Positions 22,192 through 32,138 of a stretch of 64,000 bases of DNA are shown one piece after another. The notes beneath the pieces were generated by a model that saw only the letters and a list, made by a program, of their open reading frames with translations, ran no database searches and had not been told where the DNA came from. How positions within the stretch are numbered: the first letter of the stretch is position 1; each line of letters begins with the position of its first letter. A program made the translations under genes and the position numbers. Location of the stretch: contig CAWKCK010000017.1 of NCBI GenBank assembly GCA_963848135.1, positions 1,282,538 through 1,346,537 on the forward strand. The letters run 5' to 3'. The stretch is from an uncultured delta proteobacterium (lineage in GTDB: Bacteria > Desulfobacterota > Desulfobacteria > Desulfobacterales > SG8-13).

Positions 22192-22509
22192 ATGATTCTT
22201 ACCTTCATTAAAATGAACGTGCGTCCTGAAAAACGCAAAGAGCTTCGTCAAACCATCCGCTCGATCGTTCAGGAGGTGCGAAAGGAGAACGGATGTGTGG
22301 ATTCGACCTTCTATCAGAATTCTGAAAATGAATGTGATTTCTTTTTGTTTGAAGAGTGGGAGAACCGGCAAGTGTTGGATGACCACCTGCGGTCGGCCGG
22401 ATTCACGGTGTTGATGGGAGCCAGGAGTCTTTTAAGCCGACCGCCGGAAATTATGATTCACTCGGTTTCCCACTCGTCGGGATTGGAGGCAGGGAGCCAT
22501 AAAACGTAA
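22192..22509 (+). CDS. ABM (antibiotic biosynthesis monooxygenase) domain protein
   Basis: VRPEKRKEL...KENGC...FEEWENRQVLDDHLRS dimeric alpha/beta barrel pattern. Confidence 0.85.
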   Translation: MILTFIKMNVRPEKRKELRQTIRSIVQEVRKENGCVDSTFYQNSENECDFFLFEEWENRQVLDDHLRSAGFTVLMGARSLLSRPPEIMIHSVSHSSGLEAGSHKT

Positions 22510-22698
22510 AGTTTAGCAATACCTCTGGCCGCCGCCTCCAGTTTGATCGAAGAAATAATGTTTAAGTTTCGGTGAAAAATTCCAAATCGCAAATAACAAA
22601 CAAATCACAATGACCAAAATCCAAAATGTCAATCCGATTTGGGTCATTTTTTTAACAGGGGGTGTTGACACACCGCAAACGAATGAAAGGAGTCAAAA

Positions 22699-24417
22699 AT
22701 GAAAGCATCAACAATGAAACCCTTTGTACTCGCCTTTGTGGCGCTCGCAGTGGTGTTGGCCTTGACGGTCGCTCCAACAGTCGCGGCCGACAAGAAGCCC
22801 AACATCCTGTTCATCATGGGCGACGACATTGGCATCATGAACGTGGGTGCTTACCATCAGGGCCTGATGGTCGGCGAAACGCCGAACATCGATCGCATCG
22901 GCAAGGAAGGTGCGAGATTCATGACCTATTATGCCGAGCAGAGCTGCACGGCCGGTCGCACCGCCTTCTTTACCGGCATGCATCCGTTGCGGGCGGGCAT
23001 GGTCATGCCGCAGCTTCCGGGTGCCAGAAGTTCGCTGTTGCCGGGCACGCCCGCGCTGGCGAAATTCCTGCTGGATCTCGGCTACAACACCGGCGAGTTC
23101 GGCAAGAACCACCTCGGCGATAAAGCCGCGTCGCTGCCAACGGCACACGGCTTCCAGGAATTCTGGGGCTACTTGTATCACCTCGACGCGATGCAGGGGG
23201 TGAGCTTCCCGGATATCAACAAGACGCCGACCGATCAGGCCGTTGTTCCGCCCTGTAAGAACACCCCGGTCAAGGGTCTCAAAGAGGTCCCCGGTGCCGT
23301 GGACCCGGAGACCACGCTCTGTATGACCCCACCGCGGCCGGTCCTTGCGTGTACTTCTTCGGACGGCACCGAGAAGAACCAGAGCTGCACGGACGAAGGG
23401 CCGCTGACGCTGGAACGTTCCAAGACCGTGGACGAGGAAATCTCCGCCAAGGTCATCGACTTCCTCGACCGCAACGACCCCGAGAAAACCGGCAAGCCGT
23501 TCTTCGTCTGGTATAACCCGGCGCGCATGCACGTCACCACCATGCTCTCGGACAAGTACCTGGACATGCTGGGCGAGAAAGGCGGCAAGGACTGGGGTAT
23601 CAACGAAGCCGGCATGAAGCAGATGGACGACAACATCGGCTACGTGCTGAAGAAGCTGGAGGACATGGGCGAGCTCGACAACACCATCGTCGTCTTTACC
23701 ACCGACAACGGCGCCGAGGGGATCACCTATCCTGATGGCGGCATAACGCCCTTCAGGGGCGGCAAGCTCACCACCTGGGAAGGCGGTATGCGGGCGCCGA
23801 TGCTCATGCGCTGGCCGGGGCACGTCAAGGCTGGCACGAATCCGGACCAGATATTTTCCTCACTGGACTGGGTGCCCACCTTCGTCAATATCGCCGGCGG
23901 GCCTTCGGGTGATGGCCTGAAGAAGCAGATTGAGGCCGGCAAGTACCCCGGCATCGTCAAGACCACGCTCGACGGCTTCGACCAGCGGGACTATCTCGAA
24001 GGCAAGTCGGATTCGGCACGCGACACGTTCTTCTACTACACCGGTGCACAGCCTTCGGCGGTGCGGCACAAGAACTGGAAGTTTTACTACACGATGGTTT
24101 CTTCCAATGCGCTGGAGTCGTTCAATTCCCCAAGCACCTATCACTGGACCCAGGTCAACAACCTCAAGCGTGATCCCTTCGAGAGGTCGGTCGCGTCGGC
24201 TGAAGGTACCCTGCTGGGCTACGGCGGCGCACTGGCCGCCCCGAGCACCGCGTTCATCTATGACTGGAACCTGCTGCCCATCGGACAGTTGCTGTGGCTG
24301 AAGGAACTCGAGACGTACAGGACCTTCCCGTCGCTGCAGACTCCGGCGAGCTACAACCTGGATAACATTATCAAGGCGATGCAGGATGCGTCACACATCA
24401 GCCACGCGGGTCAGTAA
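22699..24417 (+). CDS. Exported arylsulfatase (formylglycine-dependent S1 family)
   Basis: Signal peptide, KPNILFIMGDD, SCTAGR active-site motif, GKNHLG, TTDNG, WEGGMRAP. Confidence 0.93.
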   Translation: MKASTMKPFVLAFVALAVVLALTVAPTVAADKKPNILFIMGDDIGIMNVGAYHQGLMVGETPNIDRIGKEGARFMTYYAEQSCTAGRTAFFTGMHPLRAGMVMPQLPGARSSLLPGTPALAKFLLDLGYNTGEFGKNHLGDKAASLPTAHGFQEFWGYLYHLDAMQGVSFPDINKTPTDQAVVPPCKNTPVKGLKEVPGAVDPETTLCMTPPRPVLACTSSDGTEKNQSCTDEGPLTLERSKTVDEEISAKVIDFLDRNDPEKTGKPFFVWYNPARMHVTTMLSDKYLDMLGEKGGKDWGINEAGMKQMDDNIGYVLKKLEDMGELDNTIVVFTTDNGAEGITYPDGGITPFRGGKLTTWEGGMRAPMLMRWPGHVKAGTNPDQIFSSLDWVPTFVNIAGGPSGDGLKKQIEAGKYPGIVKTTLDGFDQRDYLEGKSDSARDTFFYYTGAQPSAVRHKNWKFYYTMVSSNALESFNSPSTYHWTQVNNLKRDPFERSVASAEGTLLGYGGALAAPSTAFIYDWNLLPIGQLLWLKELETYRTFPSLQTPASYNLDNIIKAMQDASHISHAGQ

Positions 24418-24509
24418 CTAAGTGAAGGCAGTATGATGTGACAAAGAAGTGGGTACTCCGCAAAAGGGGTGCCCACTTCAACCCACAGGACAACAAGAAG
24501 GGGGACTCG

Positions 24510-25523
24510 GTGCGAAATGTAAAACGTGCTTTCGTATTCCTATGTGTCTTAATGGTTGCGGCCTCAACGGCAGCGGCCGATCCCGATGCGCTCCCGTCTT
24601 GGAACGACGGGCCGGCAAAGTCGGCGATCATGGAGTTCGTGCAAGCCACCACCGACAAGTCGAGTCCGAAGTTCGTGCCGCCGGCAGAGCGCATCGCCAC
24701 CTTCGACCAGGACGGGACCTTGTGGGTCTCGCACCCAATGTACGCCCAGGTGGTTTACTGCCTGGACCGGGTGCCGGCGGTCGTCAAGTCAAAGCCGGAA
24801 CTCGCCAAGGTCGAGCCGTTCAAGACCGTCCTGTCAGGCAACCGCGAAGCGATCGCCAAGCTCTCGATGGACGACCTCTTCAAGATCCTTGCCGCCACGC
24901 TCACCGGCATGAGCGTCGAGGAGTTCAGAGCCGAGGCGAAGAAGTGGCTCGACACTGCCAGGCACCCGCGCTGGAAGCGACTCCACACCGAACTCACCTA
25001 CCTGCCCATGCAGGAGCTGCTGAAATACCTGCGCGCCAACGGCTACAAGACCTGGATCGTCACCGGCGGCGGTCAGGACTTCGTGCGGATTTACTCCGAG
25101 CAGGTGTACGGCATTCCGCCCGAGCAGGTGGTCGGTACCGCCGCCGGCACGAAGTACGGATATGACAAGAACGGAAAACCGTTTCTCACCAAGGAGCCGA
25201 AGCTGCTCCTGAACGACAACGACGCCGGCAAGCCCGAGGGCATCCACCTGATGATCGGACGCCGGCCGTATGCAGCATTCGGCAACTCGACCGGCGACCG
25301 TCAGATGCTGGAATACACGAAGGCCGGTGACGGAGCGCGGCTCGCAATGCTTTTGCTGCACGACGATTCCGAGCGCGAGTATGCGTACGGGCCGGCCCAG
25401 GGGCTGCCCGATACCAAGGTCGGTGCCTTCACCCAGGCGCTTTACGACGAGGCGAAGAAGCAGGGCTGGGTCGTTATCAGTATGAAGAAAGATTGGGCGC
25501 GTATTTTTGCGTTTGATAATTAG
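24510..25523 (+). CDS. Exported HAD-superfamily phosphatase
   Basis: Signal peptide, LPSWNDG, ATFDQDGTLW, FGNSTGDRQML, HDD..REYAY; GTG start after ggggga. Confidence 0.9.
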   Translation: MRNVKRAFVFLCVLMVAASTAAADPDALPSWNDGPAKSAIMEFVQATTDKSSPKFVPPAERIATFDQDGTLWVSHPMYAQVVYCLDRVPAVVKSKPELAKVEPFKTVLSGNREAIAKLSMDDLFKILAATLTGMSVEEFRAEAKKWLDTARHPRWKRLHTELTYLPMQELLKYLRANGYKTWIVTGGGQDFVRIYSEQVYGIPPEQVVGTAAGTKYGYDKNGKPFLTKEPKLLLNDNDAGKPEGIHLMIGRRPYAAFGNSTGDRQMLEYTKAGDGARLAMLLLHDDSEREYAYGPAQGLPDTKVGAFTQALYDEAKKQGWVVISMKKDWARIFAFDN

Positions 25524-25660
25524 TGCCCATCCATCTGTTGTTTAATTATTTCATAATAATCATCTTCTCAGTTATTGGTTAACTTCTGGAACTGTCAAAC
25601 TTTGGGAGTCTCCCCAGAAAAGCTGGGGATTTATCGATGATTATTATAAAGGAGAGGATA

Positions 25661-27314
25661 ATGAAAAGGCGATGGTGGCAAGCAAGGCTTGTCCTGTATG
25701 CGGGCATGGTGATGTTGATAATGGGTTTGGGTGCGACGGGTTTCGTCGGCGTCAGCCCTTGCGGCAGATAAACCCAACATCCTGGTCATCTTCGGTGACG
25801 ATGTCGGCATGTGGAACGTCGGGGCTTACACCCACGGCATGATGGGCCGCACGCCCAACATCGATCGGATCGCCAAGGAGGGCATGCTCTTTACCGACCA
25901 TTACGCACAGCCGAGTTGCACGGCCGGACGCGCGGCGTTTATCACCGGGCAGATGCCGATCCGCACGGGGATGACGACCATCGGTATTCCCGGATCGACC
26001 CTGGGGCTCCAGAAGGAGGACCCCACCCTGGCCGAAGTGCTGAAGCCGCTCGGGTACACCGCCGGTCAGTTCGGCAAGAACCATCTCGGCGACCGCAACG
26101 AGTTTCTGCCGACGGTGCACGGATTTGACGAGTTCTACGGCAATCTCTATCACCTCAATGCCGAGGAGGAGCCCGAGCAGCTCGACTACCCCGGCGTGAA
26201 GAACCCGGCCTTCAAAGAAAAGTTCGGGCCGCGCGGCGTGCTGCACTGCTGGGCGACCGACAAAGACGACCCGGCCGAAGATCCCAAATTCGGCCGGATG
26301 GGCAAGCAGCGCTGCGAGAATACCGGGCCGCTCACCCGCGAGCGCATGAAGACCGTGGACGCCGAGTTCCTGAAAGCCACCGAGAATTTCATCGATCGCA
26401 GCGTCAAGGACGACAAGCCCTTTTTCGTCTGGTTCAACCCCACCCGGATGCACATCTGGACGCACGTTCCCCAGGAATACATCCAGAAGGCCGTGGATGA
26501 AGGACGCCCCGAAATCGATGTCTACCGGGCCGGCATGATCCAGCACGATGAACAGGTCGGTCAGCTTTTGAAGAAACTGGACGACCTCGGGATTGCCGAC
26601 AACACCATCGTGGTCTATTCCACCGACAACGGTTATGAGCTGCTGTTCTGGCCGGACGGTGGGTATTCACCCTTCCGGGGCGAAAAGGGCACCACCTGGG
26701 AAGGCGGCGTGCGCGTTCCTCTCGTTGTGCGCTGGCCCGGCAAGATTCCGGCCGGAAGTGCCGCAAACGGTATACAGAGTCACGAGGACCTCTATGTGAC
26801 GCTTGCCGCCGCCGCCGGCGCAGCAGAAATCAAGGAGGAGCTGCTCAAGGGCAAGAAGATCGGTGGGATGACCTACAAGGTGCACCTCGACGGATACAAC
26901 AACCTGGATCTCTGGACCGGCAAGACCGAGAAGTCGGCCCGCAACCGCTACTATTACTATGACGAGTCGGATCTGACCGGCGTGCGGGTCGGCGACTGGA
27001 AGATGTCCTTCGCGGTCAAGGAAGAAGGCCTCTGGTGGGACCCACTGGTCTACCCGCGGGTGCCCTACCTATTTAATCTGCGCATGGACCCCATGGAACT
27101 TTTCGATCCGCATTCGCCCGAATGGGGCTACATGGGTCGCAAGCTCTTCGCCGAGAAGTTGTGGACCTTAATCCCGGCCCAGGGGATTATCGCCGAGCAC
27201 ATCAAAAGCTTGCAGGAGTGGCCGCCGAGACAGCGCGCAGAGTCTCTGAGCATGCAAAAGGCCATGGAGACCGTTATGCAGGCTATCGAAAGATCACCGG
27301 GCGGAATGCAGTAG
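25661..27314 (+). CDS. Second exported arylsulfatase; frameshift in signal-peptide region near 25738
   Basis: RBS + ATG at 25661 (MKRRWWQARLVL...) shifts to ALAADKPNILVIFGDD, SCTAGR, GKNHLGD, STDNG, WEGGVRVP. Confidence 0.9.
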
Positions 27315-27326
27315 CCGGCGGCGGGT

Positions 27327-27464
27327 TATAGGGATTTCAGAAATCTATTCCGATTGGTCGTTTTATAAAATCCCCCTGACGCCCTTTAACAAAGGGGGGT
27401 CAGGGGGGATTTTATACTAGCGCACACTCCTTCCAACCGGATCAGATTTATGACAATTGCTATA
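27327..27464. mobile_element. MITE-like element, copy 2 (138 bp, opposite orientation)
   Basis: Reverse complement tatagcaattgtcataaatctgatccggttgg...aaaatcccccctga...cagggggatttt...caatcggaatagatttctgaaatccctata matches copy 1. Confidence 0.7.
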
Positions 27465-27516
27465 AACAGAAAATTTCAACAAATCTTATTAGGTACTAAA
27501 AAGGAGGGTTATCGTT

Positions 27517-27906
27517 ATGAAAGATCGAATGACTTGGTTAAAATCTATCGCGGTCATCATGGTTTTGGGCATCGCGCTTGCCGGATGTGCGGCGATGGAA
27601 AAGAGTGATGCAACCGATACGGAACAATTGTTGGCAGCCGCGGGGTTCATTATGAAGCCGGCAGATACCCCCGAGAAACTTGCACATTTAAAAACCCTGA
27701 CCCAGCTGAAGGTTGTTCCCCATGATCGTAATGGCAAAGTGTATTACGTTTATGCGGACTCAGAATTTTGCAAATGCCTATACGCGGGCAACCAGGAGGC
27801 CTATCAGCGCTACGAGAACCTGACAGTAAAACAAAATATTGCGGAAATGAACGAAGACGCGTCGATGAATTGGGGCATGTGGGGTCCGTGGGGGATGGGG
27901 TGGTAA
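27517..27906 (+). CDS. Lipoprotein, hypothetical (CxC-containing family)
   Basis: Lipobox LAGC; AAGF..KPADT...YAD...CKCLY.G...AYQRY; paralog of 31389. Confidence 0.85.
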   Translation: MKDRMTWLKSIAVIMVLGIALAGCAAMEKSDATDTEQLLAAAGFIMKPADTPEKLAHLKTLTQLKVVPHDRNGKVYYVYADSEFCKCLYAGNQEAYQRYENLTVKQNIAEMNEDASMNWGMWGPWGMGW

Positions 27907-27947
27907 AAAGCCGCATGGCTTCGCAACCGATTTACGGGCCATTCCAC

Positions 27948-28017
27948 CGTAGCAAATATCAGAAGTATATTCCGATTCGTTCCTTCTAATCGGAACATAA
28001 TCATGACAACAGCTGTA
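27948..28017. mobile_element. MITE-like element, copy 3 (70 bp, arms only)
   Basis: Reverse complement tacagctgttgtcatgattatgttccgatt-N10-aatcggaatatacttctgatatttgctacg matches both arms of copy 1. Confidence 0.65.
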
Positions 28018-28045
28018 ACGATTTAGAATGTCAAGGAGAAGATCA

Positions 28046-28648
28046 ATGAAAACAAAACCACACTACTTTTGTGTATCCCTGATGGCTGTCCTGCTGACAG
28101 CTATACCGATGACTTTCGCCCAGACCTCGGTCGGTGACTTTACGGACGATCCCGACAAGTCGATGGCGGCGGCCAACGAAGCCTACCTCAAGAAAGACTA
28201 TGACAAAGCGGCAGAACATATCCACAAGGCAGCAGACTACTTTCGCAAGGAGTCGGACGAGGTCGCAAGCAGTGGTAAAAAGTATATGAAAGAAGCCGGC
28301 GACGGCCTGGACAAACTGGGAGATGACGTCAAGAAGGGCGCTGTGAAGTCTGATGACGATCTCAAGAAAGCATTTGCCAAGGCGGACCATTTGAGTGCGA
28401 AGGCGTGGCACGAGACGATGGCGGCCTCCAAGAAAGCGGGTAAAGACGTGACCAAGGCCTTCAAGAAGGCTGGTACCAGCCTGGACGGCGCCGCCCGATG
28501 GTCAGGCACCAAACTGAAAGAAGGGGGTCAGATGACGGTGGACGCTGCCAAGAAAGTCGGTCAGGGCACAAAGGTCGTGGGTGAGGACGTCGACAAAATG
28601 TTTAAGGGTATCGGCGACGGCATCGAGGATGTGGGCCGCAATATGTAA
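28046..28648 (+). CDS. Secreted helical hypothetical protein
   Basis: RBS aggag; signal peptide; Ala/Lys/Asp-rich amphipathic helices. Confidence 0.8.
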   Translation: MKTKPHYFCVSLMAVLLTAIPMTFAQTSVGDFTDDPDKSMAAANEAYLKKDYDKAAEHIHKAADYFRKESDEVASSGKKYMKEAGDGLDKLGDDVKKGAVKSDDDLKKAFAKADHLSAKAWHETMAASKKAGKDVTKAFKKAGTSLDGAARWSGTKLKEGGQMTVDAAKKVGQGTKVVGEDVDKMFKGIGDGIEDVGRNM

Positions 28649-28787
28649 TAAAATGGATTGATTCACAATAAAAATTGTGACAATTAATCATATCAACGGT
28701 TTGCCCCTTTATATATGTTATTATAGGCATTTAGTGTCAGGCGAAAATGATCTTGAATCGCCCGCTTTCCGGCAGGAAAATCATGCA

Positions 28788-29180
28788 ATGACGATCGACA
28801 AGTCGTCGGCAAAAGAAATAACCACTGAGTTCGCCCGCGAACGAAGTAGTGAAGCGACCGAACGGACGCTCATGGCCTGGATCCGCACGTCCCTGGCGAT
28901 GATAGGCTTCGGGTTCGGCATCGGCAAAGTCCAGGACTATATGGAAATGATCCATCCAGCACGCGTAATCGATCCGATCCACGGTGCGCGATTATTTGGC
29001 GGGGCCTTTATCACCATCGGTATCCTGGCCGTATTGTTGGCTATTATTCAGTATCGGCGACGGCTGAGTCAGATCAGGCAGGATGTGTTTGTCTACAGCT
29101 CCCCCTTGCCCCTGTCCGAAGTTGTGGCCTTTCTGCTACTGATTATCGGACTGTTCGGGCTTGTTCATCTTTTTCTTTGA
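28788..29180 (+). CDS. DUF202/YidH family membrane protein
   Basis: ERTLMAWIRTSLAMIGFGF signature; three TM helices. Confidence 0.9.
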   Translation: MTIDKSSAKEITTEFARERSSEATERTLMAWIRTSLAMIGFGFGIGKVQDYMEMIHPARVIDPIHGARLFGGAFITIGILAVLLAIIQYRRRLSQIRQDVFVYSSPLPLSEVVAFLLLIIGLFGLVHLFL

Positions 29181-29216
29181 GACTGCCATCATCCTTAAAG
29201 AGGAACTAAATTGAGC

Positions 29217-29356
29217 GATTGTCGAGTTTGCTGCAGATGAGCAAGTTGAGCGTAGCGAAATCCCGCCCAACGGGAGAAGATGCCGTTCCGCTATAGTTTA
29301 TCATGCGGGACGACATCTGACGCCGTGGATGCGGTAAGATCGACAATCCCGAAGGG
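29217..29356 (+). other. Multi-branched structured intergenic element (REP-like or ncRNA candidate)
   Basis: Outer 19-bp stem 29217-29235/29330-29348, inner stems 29261-29265/29271-29275 and 29278-29291/29305-29318, cccgaaggg hairpin. Confidence 0.55.
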
Positions 29357-29456
29357 CTTCAAATTTTAAAAATTAAAAACGATAGAATTCCAAATAAATA
29401 AAAATCGTTTCCCATCCTTTTAAAATTTTAAATGCTCAGTTTAGGTAGGAGGTAGA

Positions 29457-29861
29457 ATGAATACTCGCAGACAAATAATAATTTGGGGGTTGCTTTTTGT
29501 GTTGACCCTATACGGCTGCGGAGGGGCATCCCTGCCTCAAGGTGGTCAGAAAATCGGCCGCTACGAGGGCACCTTTACGAGTGCTTTGCTTTATGGGCCT
29601 TGCCAGGTGGACCTTTACCGGCTCCCAAGCGGCAACAGAACATTTGAAGGCTATTTTCAGGGGACCGAAGAAGACGTCTTCCTCACGATTAAAGGACAGA
29701 TGACAGGCAACAATCTCGAGGGCACGTTTCTCGGTGAAGGCGTCTTTGCAGGAAGTACGATTTCGGGGACTCTGACCGACGACGAAAACAGCATGAGTGG
29801 CACTTTCAGCCTGAATACGGCCTATTCAGTCAAAGGAACCTGGAAAGCCCAAAGGAAATAG
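29457..29861 (+). CDS. Lipoprotein, hypothetical (beta-rich)
   Basis: RBS aggagg; lipobox LYGC; repeated G.F.G motifs, ends GTWKAQRK. Confidence 0.8.
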   Translation: MNTRRQIIIWGLLFVLTLYGCGGASLPQGGQKIGRYEGTFTSALLYGPCQVDLYRLPSGNRTFEGYFQGTEEDVFLTIKGQMTGNNLEGTFLGEGVFAGSTISGTLTDDENSMSGTFSLNTAYSVKGTWKAQRK

Positions 29862-29880
29862 CGGTATAAAAGGAAAAAAG

Positions 29881-30435
29881 ATGACTGACACAGAAACGGA
29901 AAGCCTTCCCCAAAAAACGGGAATCGGTAATACCTTAAAGCGGTATTTGGGCCCTGACGGCGTCATCATGATTCTGCTGGCGCTGCTCGCCATTGTGGGT
30001 ATCGGAATAACGGATTATTCTCCGCAACGCAGTCACTTGTACTGGATTGCAATGGTCGTCGTTACAGGGATTGCCTGCGTCGTCATGGAGTGGTCCCGCT
30101 CCCGGAAAACGGGTCACAGCATAGGGGCCATTCTTAAAAGCGAGGGGCTCTTTTGGCTCAGTATCCTTATCGCGGTCTATCTGGTGTACTTCCTCTTACG
30201 CGCGGGCCGTCTCGACAGTGAGAACACCGGGCTGGTCATCCTCTTGATACTGGCCTTGGCCACCTTCCTTGCCGGACTGCGCCTGGGTTGGCGGCTATGC
30301 ATTCTGGGGGTCTTATTAGGGTGCACCCTGATTATGGCCACCTATCTGGAAGAGTTCCTCTGGATTGTTCTAATGGTGGTGATGTTCGCCGCGGCAGCCG
30401 TATATTTCATGGCGAGATTCAAATCTGCCCCCTGA
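29881..30435 (+). CDS. Multi-pass membrane hypothetical protein
   Basis: About six hydrophobic segments, co-oriented 19 nt after the previous gene. Confidence 0.8.
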   Translation: MTDTETESLPQKTGIGNTLKRYLGPDGVIMILLALLAIVGIGITDYSPQRSHLYWIAMVVVTGIACVVMEWSRSRKTGHSIGAILKSEGLFWLSILIAVYLVYFLLRAGRLDSENTGLVILLILALATFLAGLRLGWRLCILGVLLGCTLIMATYLEEFLWIVLMVVMFAAAAVYFMARFKSAP

Positions 30436-30584
30436 GTCCGGATACCGGCTAACGAATCGCCACCCTGTTAATTATGACACAGTCGCTGTTCATTTCGAAT
30501 CTTGGGTACGTGGTGGAAACCAGGTAGAATTATGGATTCGAAGATGAACCCAAAATACTGCCATAAGCAGGTAAAGGAGGATAC

Positions 30585-31214
30585 ATGTCTGAAATCCCAT
30601 TGAACGCAGCGGTCGAATGCTTGGACGGACCTTGCGGCAAAACGATTTCGATTGTCATCAATCCCGCCAGTAAGAGCGTCACGCACATTGTTGTCCTTGA
30701 CAAGACACTTGGCAACGACGAACGGATGATTCCGATTGAACACCTCGGAGAAGCCACAGAAACGCAAGTCAAGTTGAACATTCGCAGAGACGAAATGGTC
30801 GGCATGGATCCGTTTATCAAAACCCGCTATCACAAGACAAAAACTGTCGACTTCATGGAAAGCTACATCGGTCACGATTTCGATTTTTACCTCTTGCCCT
30901 ACGCGACCCCCATGAAAACCGTATACACCTCGATCGATGAAGAACAAATTCCACCGGGCGAACTGGCGATTCACCGTGGCGCACGCGTGGAAGCCACGGA
31001 TGGTAAGGTTGGTATGCTGGGTGAGTTCCTCGTCAACCCGTTAACCGGCCATATCTCACGCTTGATTTTAATGGAAGGACACCTGTGGGAAAAAAAAGAA
31101 GTATCGATACCCGTATCGGCCATTCACCGCATCGAGGAGGGTTCCGTATACCTCAAGCTCGACAAAAAAGCCGTTGAATCGCTGCCTTCGGTACCGGTTC
31201 AGCGGCTCTGGTAA
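30585..31214 (+). CDS. Tandem PRC-barrel domain protein
   Basis: Two repeats: VECLDGPCG...VTHIVV...IPIE and VEATDGKVG...ISRLIL...IPVSAI; RBS aggagg. Confidence 0.85.
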   Translation: MSEIPLNAAVECLDGPCGKTISIVINPASKSVTHIVVLDKTLGNDERMIPIEHLGEATETQVKLNIRRDEMVGMDPFIKTRYHKTKTVDFMESYIGHDFDFYLLPYATPMKTVYTSIDEEQIPPGELAIHRGARVEATDGKVGMLGEFLVNPLTGHISRLILMEGHLWEKKEVSIPVSAIHRIEEGSVYLKLDKKAVESLPSVPVQRLW

Positions 31215-31237
31215 ATTAAACCCAGTGCACCGGGTTA

Positions 31238-31301
31238 GTGTTCAGGTGTCGGGTTTCTATATTTTGGAGTTTGCTGAAACCTGACACTCGAAACCTGACA
31301 C
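31238..31301. repeat. Inverted heptamer repeat array
   Basis: gtgttcag-gtgtcgg-gtttc ... ctgaaac-ctgacac-tcgaaac-ctgacac. Confidence 0.6.
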
Positions 31302-31388
31302 CCATTACTGCGCATCTTTGCATCTCGCGGAGAAGTAACGATCTTAATTTCACATAAATCGATATCGATTAATTAAAAGGAAAAATGA

Positions 31389-31835
31389 ATGGAAGAGAGA
31401 GAAAGGCGATTGGTTCTGGCCGGAATGGCACTTTTCGTCGCGTTCTACTTGTTGGGCTGTGCCATAACGAGCCAAAAGGAAAAGGACTTCGATGCGGAAA
31501 ATCTTCTTGTGTCCGCCGGTTTCACGTTCAAGGTCGCAGATACTGCCGAAAAACTCGAAAAGTTGAACAAACTACCGCAGCGCAAACTGTTGCGACATAA
31601 GCGGCAGGACAAGGTGACCTATTTCTATGCCGATGTTGTTGATTGCAAATGCGTTTACATGGGAGATGAAGCCGCATATCAACGCCTCCGACGGTTGTCG
31701 TACAGTGATAAATTGACGTCCAAACAGGAAAAAGGCATCTGGTCGACAACCAGGGTTAGCGAAGCGGCTGATTTAGCTTCATTCTATGATGCTGTCGATT
31801 TCGAAGATGTAATCGACCCTATTTATAACTACTAA
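31389..31835 (+). CDS. Lipoprotein, hypothetical (paralog of 27517)
   Basis: Lipobox LLGC; SAGF.FKVADT...YAD...CKCVY.G...AYQRL. Confidence 0.85.
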   Translation: MEERERRLVLAGMALFVAFYLLGCAITSQKEKDFDAENLLVSAGFTFKVADTAEKLEKLNKLPQRKLLRHKRQDKVTYFYADVVDCKCVYMGDEAAYQRLRRLSYSDKLTSKQEKGIWSTTRVSEAADLASFYDAVDFEDVIDPIYNY

Positions 31836-31945
31836 TGCGGATATAAAAATTAAAACATCGTTTCTTAATTGTATCCCAAAATTCCAAATAGCACGGGGTG
31901 ACCAAGCCTGCATAGGCGCCATTGAATGACCTCCGGCAAGACCAG

Positions 31946-32083
31946 AGCAAGCGAATCGGGCCGCAAGGGGTCGACGCCGCCACCCGCATCGTCGGTTTTT
32001 TCGTATCCGCCATGGGTATGGCACTGATTTTCCATGGCATTGTTGAGGTTATGCAACAATATGGTGTCATACCCAAGTCATAA
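31946..32083 (+). pseudogene. 3' remnant of a MarC-family membrane protein
   Basis: Manual translation KRIGPQGVDAATRIVGFFVSAMGMALIFHGIVEVMQQYGVIPKS*, resembling the MarC C-terminus; in-frame stop at 31913 and no N-terminal part. Confidence 0.65.
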
Positions 32084-32138
32084 GGGGCTTCACGGAGTGA
32101 CGATGGAGAAACACCCACACCGTTGAAAGGATTGATCT

